NCBI GenBank assembly: GCA_963693365.1
Contig: CAVNZM010000001.1
Location: forward strand, 20,592,125-20,656,124
Origin: Amoebidium appalachense
Lineage: Eukaryota > Protista > Ichthyosporea
Reading direction: 5' to 3'
DNA: 64,000 nt
How positions within the stretch are numbered: the first letter of the stretch is position 1; each line of letters begins with the position of its first letter. Below the pieces are notes generated by a model, which searched no databases, was not told the origin of the DNA, and was given only the letters and a program-made list of their open reading frames with translations. This document shows positions 47,707 through 64,000 of the stretch, in pieces. A program made the translations under genes and the position numbers.

Positions 47707-48176
47707 TACACACATCCTACCCCCGGATTTTGGGAATTTTTTCTAGCTCGGAAATAATGCATCAACCAGCGCCCGACCCGACCGAGATACGTCCAAATTG
47801 GCGCTGGTTCAGGCGGTATAGGGGGAGCGCCCAGGAGGGCGTTCGATGGCTGGGTCGGGCTTTGTGATGGCATGCGGAATAGCTTTATTTGGCTAGAGTT
47901 TTTAGCCTTAGATGGGTTGACGGTAGATTGCCGTCCAATCGGACGCTCAGGGTTGGGAGCGCCCACGGGGGCGTTTCGAGCTTTGTGATTGGCACTGATG
48001 GCATGCAGAATAGATTTATTTGGCTAGCATTTTTAGCCTTAGATGGCGTTTTTGCGGCTTGTCCAATCGCAGAGCCAATTTCATCCGATAGACAGCCAAT
48101 CAGGTTAAAGTAGCCGAATTTGCAGCTTTTGAAAGCCCGCAACGAAATTTTTCTTGACCCTAATACCATTCAGATC

Positions 48177-49928
48177 ATGGCCCAAGATCCCATGCACTTA
48201 GATTCCGAACCCGTGCGCTGGGTGCCGCCTGACTTGGACGACCTTGCACATGGACGTGTCTCTGATGCTATCCGACTTGAGCATGCAGAGCCGCCACGGG
48301 CTACACTAAACCTGGGTGGTACACGCTACCTTTTTCGTGTGGTGCATGATGACGGTGCAGCTGCTGATAACCCAAATCTTAACCCTAAAGACGTTGACCC
48401 TGAGGCTTTCGAAGAATTTTTTGAGCATGTCACAGTGCAGCTTTTCAAAATATTGAGCCCTCAGCCAGGTGATCGAATTCAAATCAAAACCTCACTTATA
48501 CGCCGCGACACCCTTGCTGGTGACGACCCTGTGCATGGCAGGGTGGACTGGAAGCCCATTGTACGGCTTGCTGATGTCCGCAGTGTCAGTCTGGTGCGTA
48601 GCCTCAGCGATTTCTACAATGACATGGAGCAGCTGTATGGCACAACATTTGCCTTTGAATTCTCACGCTGCCGTATAGAGGTGGTGTTCATGCATACCCC
48701 AGATCATCAAGCAGATGCTAGCAGGCAGCAAGGAGGCTCCACCCATATTCTTCAGCAGTGGCGTGCTGGAATGCGTGTTGGCTGCCCTCTGTCTACTGCC
48801 GAACGCAGCAATGAAGCAAACAGCAATGCTGCACGTTTGCGAAAGGAAGGCGCGATTGCGGACTACAGCAGCAAGGGCAAGCAGGACTGTTTTACCACCA
48901 ACCTGGCTGCTGCCATCCTTTTGGACAAATATCGGCGGCATGAGCTACAAGGAGATTCGAGGTGTTTGGCAAGATCCGCTCGCCAACTGGGTGCAGACAT
49001 AGTTCGTGCAGCAGTAAATAGCAGCGACCCCCAACTGTTTGCTGGCGTTGAGAACCGTGGATGGACTGGTGAGGAGTTGGAGCAGGCTGTTTACCTGATA
49101 AACAGTGGTGCTGTGTGGCCCAGTGATTTCGGACCTGGCAAGCGTATGCTATGCGTACGACTTGTAAACCTGGACGATGACTGTCGTGTGTTTGCCAGCA
49201 TCCCTCAGCGCGGTACCCAGCCATATGACGAGCTTTTAAAGGCAGACACAGACGACAGTGGTCGTGTTGTGTTTGCTTACCTTGCCATCGAGGGTGTGAG
49301 CCTCGCAGCCGGGGGCCTGCACCAGCATATCCAGCTTATTAGGGACATGAAAGCACTGCACCTGTGTAGGGAGCGGCGGCGAGCTCTCCATGGGCGTACC
49401 TTTGCAGCAACAGACCATCTGACCCCATGCGACTGGTGCTTGGAATTGGTTGACCGGCACCAGCATAGATGTGTCAGAACAAGCGCAGATGACGGCGCCA
49501 GCAGTTCATGCAGCACCTGCAGTGCCAGAAGCGGCCAACACCAGCTACTGTTTCCGGCTGACGGTAACCTGACCCCCATGACCTGCACTGGCTGTGCCAT
49601 TCCCCTTCCAGCCGAGTGTGTGGCTAACCACGACGCCGCCGCGTGTGCAAAACTTTCTGCCAACTACTTCTGGTGCACCAGCTGTGTGCGCCTGTGCAGC
49701 AAGAAAAAGCTACGCAATGAATACAAGCGCAGCTGGGAGACTATCTGCCAGGTCATGAATAAGGATCCAGGTGCTTTTGACAAAACGTCACCGGACCTGT
49801 GGAAGCTCCACCAAGAGTGGGGTCTCTGTGATTGGAAGCTGTGCGGGCTGTGCAAGAAGCTCAGTCATCGCGGTGTCGTGGCAACAAACAGAGTGTATAT
49901 GAACTACTCTAACTATCTGCACGCTTAA
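48177..49928 (+). CDS. Truncated copy of the pPolB N-terminal region (583 aa from ATG), ending before the exonuclease domain
   Basis: Translation is identical to the opposite-arm ORF up to KKLSHRG (49873); the final ~18 codons come from the central spacer. The ORF track starts at TTG 48120; first ATG is 48177. Confidence 0.75.
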   Translation: MAQDPMHLDSEPVRWVPPDLDDLAHGRVSDAIRLEHAEPPRATLNLGGTRYLFRVVHDDGAAADNPNLNPKDVDPEAFEEFFEHVTVQLFKILSPQPGDRIQIKTSLIRRDTLAGDDPVHGRVDWKPIVRLADVRSVSLVRSLSDFYNDMEQLYGTTFAFEFSRCRIEVVFMHTPDHQADASRQQGGSTHILQQWRAGMRVGCPLSTAERSNEANSNAARLRKEGAIADYSSKGKQDCFTTNLAAAILLDKYRRHELQGDSRCLARSARQLGADIVRAAVNSSDPQLFAGVENRGWTGEELEQAVYLINSGAVWPSDFGPGKRMLCVRLVNLDDDCRVFASIPQRGTQPYDELLKADTDDSGRVVFAYLAIEGVSLAAGGLHQHIQLIRDMKALHLCRERRRALHGRTFAATDHLTPCDWCLELVDRHQHRCVRTSADDGASSSCSTCSARSGQHQLLFPADGNLTPMTCTGCAIPLPAECVANHDAAACAKLSANYFWCTSCVRLCSKKKLRNEYKRSWETICQVMNKDPGAFDKTSPDLWKLHQEWGLCDWKLCGLCKKLSHRGVVATNRVYMNYSNYLHA

Positions 49929-50230
49929 AGGGGCTCGAAACCGTGTATACGTATAAACTTTTCTTTGAGTTGGGTGGGAAGCGAGTTTTTTGTGTTCTGA
50001 GAAGAACTTCCAAAAGCCCGCGACCCCGCGAGACACTTCACAGACACGCGGCCCACTGGCCAGACAAATACCACAGTGACATTCAGCCAATCACAACACT
50101 CCCTCCCCCACAGACTACACGCACTCCACACCATTGGCTACCGCGACCTCAGACACCCCTACAGCACTACAACACGTACACACGTTTACTCACAATACAT
50201 ATAAGCATACACACACGCGAGCAGGCAACA
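49874..50230. mobile_element. 357-bp TG...CA segment, solo-LTR-like
   Basis: Begins TGTCG exactly where arm homology stops and ends CAACA where PolB homology resumes. Non-coding; contains CCAAT (~50086) and TATAA (~50200). No TSD. Confidence 0.5.
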
Positions 50231-53055
50231 TGGCCATTGAGCTGGCCATTGAGCTGCCAGCGGAATCGACTGTCGAAAAGGTTGCTGGAATCGTACCCGC
50301 AAATATTCTCCCGCACATAACAGAGCCACTGCAACTCGTCCATACTAGACCACTGGTGCTTGTAGGGAGAGCCAAACTCATGCACGATGGTGTTCTCAGG
50401 GAAGATTCTGTCTTGCAGCAGGCCATAGACAAAGCTGCCAATAGTGGTACGGGCAAGCGGGTCGATGCCAGGGTAGGCTGCCTCTACCTCTCTCCTGTAG
50501 CTCACACAGGCCTCGCGCAGAATGAGGGTGTCCACCATGCAGTACTTTATGAGCTCCTCCCGATTGTTCCAGCCGGCGGGCCCCCGTGCTGCCGCCTCCT
50601 CTGCATGCCAAGCACGAAAATTCTCAACGTCTTTGGAGCTTTTCATCATCTGCTCAGGCGCCCAGTAGCTCTGGTCAGGCAAGGGCCCGACATAGTCTTG
50701 GTGCTCTGGGGTGTTGAAGAGGAGCGGATAGTTGAGCTTGCTCAGGCCAGCGTCGCCCGAAAAGCCCCACATTTGCGGTAGCTGGCTCAGCGGGCGAGGC
50801 ATGTGGCGCACGGAGTCCTGCACTCGCACACCGTGGTACTGGAGTTGTGGCACACTGCTGCCATCTAGGATGAAGCTGAAGTCACCGTTGCCACTGTCTG
50901 GGCTGCTCTTGCCCTCTCCTGACTGCATGGCATGCGCTATGTCTGCGGGGCTCAGCTGCTGGAGAAGTGCATTCAAAATGAAATGCACATCGTATTTTGC
51001 GCCGTTGTGTGCGTATGCGATGAAGCCTGTATGCGCCGGTTGAAAGAGCCATGCCATAAAGCGCTGCAAAGCTCCCGCCCCTGCCCACACATAGACCTCT
51101 GGGGGCAAGTTGGGGTGCTTGCTCCCAAAGTCAGGGCAAGTGCGTACCTCAGCACCCACCAGCAGGGCTTGGTCGGTCTGTACAGGAGGGTAGGCAGTGT
51201 AGCAGGCGGTGGCAACATTGACGTCTTGGGGCTGCCCGGTCCCAGCATTCATGTATGCCTCAAAATCAAAGCAGATGAGGCCGGCAGGGGTCATGGTAGC
51301 CCGCTTCTTTGCTGACAGAGACTGATAAGGCGTGCGGTTGATAAAGCAGAAGTGAGTGCCGCGATGACTGAGCTTCTTGCACAGCCCGCACAGCTTCCAA
51401 TCACAGAGACCCCACTCTTGGTGGAGCTTCCACAGGTCCGGTGACGTTTTGTCAAAAGCACCTGGATCCTTATTCATGACCTGGCAGATAGTCTCCCAGC
51501 TGCGCTTGTATTCATTGCGTAGCTTTTTCTTGCTGCACAGGCGCACACAGCTGGTGCACCAGAAGTAGTTGGCAGAAAGTTTTGCACACGCGGCGGCGTC
51601 GTGGTTAGCCACACACTCGGCTGGAAGGGGAATGGCACAGCCAGTGCAGGTCATGGGGGTCAGGTTACCGTCAGCCGGAAACAGTAGCTGGTGTTGGCCG
51701 CTTCTGGCACTGCAGGTGCTGCATGAACTGCTGGCGCCGTCATCTGCGCTTGTTCTGACACATCTATGCTGGTGCCGGTCAACCAATTCCAAGCACCAGT
51801 CGCATGGGGTCAGATGGTCTGTTGCTGCAAAGGTACGCCCATGGAGAGCTCGCCGCCGCTCCCTACACAGGTGCAGTGCTTTCATGTCCCTAATAAGCTG
51901 GATATGCTGGTGCAGGCCCCCGGCTGCGAGGCTCACACCCTCGATGGCAAGGTAAGCAAACACAACACGACCACTGTCGTCTGTGTCTGCCTTTAAAAGC
52001 TCGTCATATGGCTGGGTACCGCGCTGAGGGATGCTGGCAAACACACGACAGTCATCGTCCAGGTTTACAAGTCGTACGCATAGCATACGCTTGCCAGGTC
52101 CGAAATCACTGGGCCACACAGCACCACTGTTTATCAGGTAAACAGCCTGCTCCAACTCCTCACCAGTCCATCCACGGTTCTCAACGCCAGCAAACAGTTG
52201 GGGGTCGCTGCTATTTACTGCTGCACGAACTATGTCTGCACCCAGTTGGCGAGCGGATCTTGCCAAACACCTCGAATCTCCTTGTAGCTCATGCCGCCGA
52301 TATTTGTCCAAAAGGATGGCAGCAGCCAGGTTGGTGGTAAAACAGTCCTGCTTGCCCTTGCTGCTGTAGTCCGCAATCGCGCCTTCCTTTCGCAAACGTG
52401 CAGCATTGCTGTTTGCTTCATTGCTGCGTTCGGCAGTAGACAGAGGGCAGCCAACACGCATTCCAGCACGCCACTGCTGAAGAATATGGGTGGAGCCTCC
52501 TTGCTGCCTGCTAGCATCTGCTTGATGATCTGGGGTATGCATGAACACCACCTCTATACGGCAGCGTGAGAATTCAAAGGCAAATGTTGTGCCATACAGC
52601 TGCTCCATGTCATTGTAGAAATCGCTGAGGCTACGCACCAGACTGACACTGCGGACATCAGCAAGCCGTACAATGGGCTTCCAGTCCACCCTGCCATGCA
52701 CAGGGTCGTCACCAGCAAGGGTGTCGCGGCGTATAAGTGAGGTTTTGATTTGAATTCGATCACCTGGCTGAGGGCTCAATATTTTGAAAAGCTGCACTGT
52801 GACATGCTCAAAAAATTCTTCGAAAGCCTCAGGGTCAACGTCTTTAGGGTTAAGATTTGGGTTATCAGCAGCTGCACCGTCATCATGCACCACACGAAAA
52901 AGGTAGCGTGTACCACCCAGGTTTAGTGTAGCCCGTGGCGGCTCTGCATGCTCAAGTCGGATAGCATCAGAGACACGTCCATGTGCAAGGTCGTCCAAGT
53001 CAGGCGGCACCCAGCGCACGGGTTCGGAATCTAAGTGCATGGGATCTTGGGCCAT
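50167..53055 (-). CDS. polB: Protein-primed family B DNA polymerase (Polinton/adintovirus type), truncated after the 3'-5' exonuclease region (962 aa from ATG)
   Basis: Intronless. ExoI LICFDFEA (~51270), ExoII AYAHNGAKYDVHFI (~51010), QDSVRHMPRPLSQLP, YPLLFNTPEHQDYVGPLP, ExoIII EELIKYCMVDTLILREAC (~50545), GIDPLARTTIGS, SMDELQWL. Preceded by several CxxC/His zinc-finger-like motifs. No DxxSLYP, KxxxNSxYG or YxDTDS polymerase motifs. Confidence 0.88.
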   Translation of the reverse strand: MAQDPMHLDSEPVRWVPPDLDDLAHGRVSDAIRLEHAEPPRATLNLGGTRYLFRVVHDDGAAADNPNLNPKDVDPEAFEEFFEHVTVQLFKILSPQPGDRIQIKTSLIRRDTLAGDDPVHGRVDWKPIVRLADVRSVSLVRSLSDFYNDMEQLYGTTFAFEFSRCRIEVVFMHTPDHQADASRQQGGSTHILQQWRAGMRVGCPLSTAERSNEANSNAARLRKEGAIADYSSKGKQDCFTTNLAAAILLDKYRRHELQGDSRCLARSARQLGADIVRAAVNSSDPQLFAGVENRGWTGEELEQAVYLINSGAVWPSDFGPGKRMLCVRLVNLDDDCRVFASIPQRGTQPYDELLKADTDDSGRVVFAYLAIEGVSLAAGGLHQHIQLIRDMKALHLCRERRRALHGRTFAATDHLTPCDWCLELVDRHQHRCVRTSADDGASSSCSTCSARSGQHQLLFPADGNLTPMTCTGCAIPLPAECVANHDAAACAKLSANYFWCTSCVRLCSKKKLRNEYKRSWETICQVMNKDPGAFDKTSPDLWKLHQEWGLCDWKLCGLCKKLSHRGTHFCFINRTPYQSLSAKKRATMTPAGLICFDFEAYMNAGTGQPQDVNVATACYTAYPPVQTDQALLVGAEVRTCPDFGSKHPNLPPEVYVWAGAGALQRFMAWLFQPAHTGFIAYAHNGAKYDVHFILNALLQQLSPADIAHAMQSGEGKSSPDSGNGDFSFILDGSSVPQLQYHGVRVQDSVRHMPRPLSQLPQMWGFSGDAGLSKLNYPLLFNTPEHQDYVGPLPDQSYWAPEQMMKSSKDVENFRAWHAEEAAARGPAGWNNREELIKYCMVDTLILREACVSYRREVEAAYPGIDPLARTTIGSFVYGLLQDRIFPENTIVHEFGSPYKHQWSSMDELQWLCYVRENICGYDSSNLFDSRFRWQLNGQLNGHVACSRVCMLICIVSKRVYVL

Positions 53056-53529
53056 GATCTGAATGGTATTAGGGTCAAGAAAAATTTCGTTGCGGGCTTT
53101 CAAAAGCTGCAAATTCGGCTACTTTAACCTGATTGGCTGTCTATCGGATGAAATTGGCTCTGCGATTGGACAAGCCGCAAAAACGCCATCTAAGGCTAAA
53201 AATGCTAGCCAAATAAATCTATTCTGCATGCCATCAGTGCCAATCACAAAGCTCGAAACGTCCCCGTGGGCGCTCCCAACCCTGAGCGTCCGATTGGACG
53301 GCAATCTACCGTCAACCCATCTAAGGCTAAAAACTCTAGCCAAATAAAGCTATTCCGCATGCCATCACAAAGCCCGACCCAGCCATCGAACGCCCTCCTG
53401 GGCGCTCCCCCTATACCGCCTGAACCAGCGCCAATTTGGACGTATCTCGGTCGGGTCGGGCGCTGGTTGATGCATTATTTCCGAGCTAGAAAAAAATTCC
53501 CAAAATCCGGGGGTAGGATGTGTGTACAT

Positions 53530-53589
53530 CCCGGGATTCGAACCAGGTGCCTACCCGCTGTAATGCATCGAGATAACCAATATTCCTAC
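53530..53589 (-). pseudogene. Degenerate tRNA-derived sequence (tRNA-Val-like) with Pol III A/B boxes
   Basis: Minus strand GTAGGAATATTGGTTATCTCGATGCATTACAGCGGGTAGGCACCTGGTTCGAATCCCGGG: A-box-like TAG...TGG, TGGTTATC.CG as in eukaryotic tRNA-Val, TTACA loop, perfect B box GGTTCGAATCC. Acceptor stem is missing and stems are mismatched. Confidence 0.6.
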
Positions 53590-53717
53590 TTTTTTTTATT
53601 GTTTTATTATGAAGTATATCCACATGTGGGGTGGTGCAGATATGGTGCTTTTTATCAATTGCTGTGTACTATTTTGTTACGTATACAGTAAACGTATAGC
53701 GAGACATTATAAATTAA

Positions 53718-53762
53718 ATATAGCTCACGGCCATCTAGAGGTGAGATGGCCGTGATATAGCT
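53718..53762. mobile_element. 29-bp micro-element with hAT-like signature
   Basis: ATATAGCT [CACGGCCATCT AGAGGTG AGATGGCCGTG] ATATAGCT: perfect 8-bp direct repeat around perfect 11-bp inverted repeats with CA...TG ends. Confidence 0.7.
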
Positions 53763-53910
53763 GCATGTACTGGTGCGGATGTACGGTAGGGCAATGTGAT
53801 TTCTTAAATATCACGAGTGCTTTGCAGAGTGTTTGAGGTGATTGATTCCTCTTTTTTTTTCTTCCCCGCCCTTAAGCTTGGTGGTGGTGTTTGTCTTGTG
53901 TGTGTGTGTG

Positions 53911-53983
<73 letters not shown>

Positions 53984-54682
53984 GGGGGGTTTAGATCGTA
54001 GTGCAAACGTGTGGTCCTTTTTTTTTTTTTTTTGTGCGTGCATGTGTGTGTGTTTTTCTTCCCTCCCTCGTAATCAAGCAGGCGGAGTTCAACTGTCGTA
54101 CAATATAAGCTACCTTGGATAGGATCGAGATCATGCATGATATGTGGGACAACCGCAAAAATGCAGGTGCGAATTTGCAACGTGTGTGTGGACGTGCAGG
54201 CCTGTTTGCTCCCCCCAGCTGCATTGTGCAAGTAAATGGACGGTAAAGCGAGTCATGCAGGCACAAAGACCCTGTCTTTATTTCTTATGGTAGCCTGCTT
54301 GGTGTACCGGTGTAAATAACTAAATAAAAAAAATGGTACAGTCACGACATTGCCCCTCCACCGCCCGTCACACGTGTGGAACCGATTGTGCCTGCTTTAC
54401 CTGATCACCTGCACATACTTCACATCTGACAGGGTGTGCAATCACAAAGCGTACCATGTTTGTTATGGGGCCAGCCTGAAATTTGCCTCAGTCCGCCAAC
54501 ATCTATATACGTTTGGTATGTCTTGCTCTGATTAGTGGCAGGCAGATACAAACACCTCTAAAGATGTTTCCTACGCAAAGCACACCCCCACCCACCCCAT
54601 GTGCACACACACACCCTGCCTGTCCCCATCTCGGAGGAGTCCAACCATGCAAGTCCAACCCCCCCCCCCCCCCTCCCCTCCT

Positions 54683-62310
<7,628 letters not shown>

Positions 62311-63059
62311 GGTGGCGGGTGGGGGGCAAAACGCCTATACACTCGTGGGTGGGTTGGTGTGCTGGCCTATACCAGGGTGAAGAGCAATAAAAAGATCCCT
62401 TTTCACTTTAAAAATTACTGTTTTTTTCCGTTTCCGCCCTCGTGTTACTCTGGTAATCTCAAACGCTGCTACCGCAAAGCTCCCTCACCCCGTCTCTTGC
62501 TCGCCGCTATAGCCTACTGCAACTCAAAGTCACGGTGAAACTGCCTCACTTGAGCCCAGGAAAAACATGAGCAGTCATATGGTCACACCTGAGCGGCAAC
62601 ACATTAACCTGCTGTTTGTTTATGACTTTATGTGGTTGGCTTAAACGGCTTTAGTCGCATTTATGCGCTTTTATCGTCTGTTCCTGTCATGGGCTGGTAC
62701 CACCAGTGATGCAATCCAAAGTTCTGGAAAGGGTGCGATAAAAGGTGGGGAGAGCGCCGAAAAGTGCAACCGAAATATATGTGCGGAGAGAGACGAAAAA
62801 AATGCTTCAGAAATACAGGTGCAGAGAGATACGAAAAACGCAACCGAAGCACAGGTGCGCACACGCGGACATGTACATAGTTAACAGTGCTCGCGCAGAT
62901 GAACGCGCACGCAAGGGCACCAGACACCTAGCTTTACAGGCACACGTGGACATAACACACAAATGCGCACTACAACATCGACACAGAAATGCATGGACGG
63001 ACAAGAACATGAGAATACTGACACATACCAGGGTCACTTATACCAATATAGAAGGTCTT

Positions 63060-63111
<52 letters not shown>

Positions 63112-63373
63112 CTTATGGAGTCCGCCAGAAAAAGATGTTCAACATAAAAAAGAACAAATACAGCGAGTACTCGCAACAACAGACACACAGACACTTTTAA
63201 AGTGGCATGAATGTACCCAAACCATACACAAATGCAGATGCACATACTTCAAGTACTAAGAGACACGCACACACACCGACTCCTCCCATTCACACACACA
63301 CGTGCGCACATGCAGGCACTTGTATGCATGTGCAGGGCAAACACACACAAATACACACCGTGAGACACACACA

Positions 63374-63431
<58 letters not shown>

Positions 63432-63644
63432 TTGAAGGGCACATAGTGCACAGACACACGTACAGAAGTTCGCAGACATGCACAAGCCATACACCCGAGA
63501 AAGAGCACGGGCCAAGTTTGTATAGTTGGAACCCAAAAATTCTTTCGTGGGTCGGTGCCCACAAATGGACGTTCGTCAAGGATAAGGCACTAATAAAAAC
63601 GGTTAAGGGGGACAAGTTCACACATGCATATGAACGACAACACA

Positions 63645-63698
<54 letters not shown>

Positions 63699-63813
63699 AC
63701 ACAATCAGGGTAGAGCGCAGGACACAAGCACAGCCATGGACACACAAGCGCTTGCACACACACGTGTTGAAACAAACACTCTAACCGCTCATCACACACA
63801 CATCCACACAGAC

Positions 63814-63862
<49 letters not shown>

Positions 63863-63916
63863 ATGATACACAGGAACCAAGCAAAACACACACACACACA
63901 CACACACACACATACT

Positions 63917-63971
<55 letters not shown>

Positions 63972-64000
63972 GCGCAGACACATGCACCCATGCATGCACA

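Larger units (their letters stand above)
47708..53525. mobile_element. 5.8-kb fold-back Polinton/adintovirus-derived element with 2.17-kb inverted arms
   Basis: Arms 47708-49873 and 51359-53525 are reverse complements; only a T6/A7 indel and a G47971/T53261 mismatch were noticed. Termini ACACACATCCTAC...GTAGGATGTGTGT; flanking direct repeat ACAT (47704-47707, 53526-53529). Confidence 0.9.

Noticed and set aside
50134-50781. 215-aa plus-strand ORF and other short ORFs within the fold-back element
   Set aside because: Antisense or alternate-frame shadows of the PolB ORF with no recognisable motifs.
45679-53055. RT and PolB as one co-functional RT-DNA polymerase element
   Set aside because: The RT is frameshifted and old while the PolB arms are near-identical and bounded by their own duplication; nesting explains the adjacency.
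47708-53525. Palindrome as a pure assembly or chimeric-read artefact
   Set aside because: Provisionally rejected: the arms differ at two sites, have a unique asymmetric centre and defined ends with a flanking ACAT repeat, and the flanks rejoin coherently. Read-level confirmation is still needed.
53530-53589. Functional tRNA gene
   Set aside because: No acceptor stem and mismatched anticodon and T stems; treated as a tRNA-derived remnant.

Overview
Intron-rich eukaryotic DNA with (CA)n/(GT)n and poly-C/poly-G tracts; almost all ORFs in the track are repeat artefacts. A unicellular holozoan such as an ichthyosporean is plausible, but that is inference only. Six host genes can be read by hand: a secreted Cys-rich repeat protein (-, runs off the left edge), an AKR6/Kv-beta-like aldo-keto reductase (+), a small intronless secreted protein (-), a tandem-PDZ syntenin-like protein (+), a ~36-exon RAD5/HLTF-like helicase-RING gene (+) and ZC3H15/TMA46 (-). 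Between RAD5 and ZC3H15 is a nested mobile-element island (~42.8-53.8 kb). It contains a 158-bp satellite ending in a double hairpin, and a decayed non-LTR retroelement with a tRNA-like 5' head. Inserted in that retroelement is a 5.8-kb fold-back element whose two near-identical 2.17-kb inverted arms each carry the 5' part of a Polinton/adintovirus-type protein-primed PolB gene; a 357-bp TG...CA (solo-LTR-like) segment joins the two truncated gene copies. This palindromic PolB element is the best candidate for an undescribed system.
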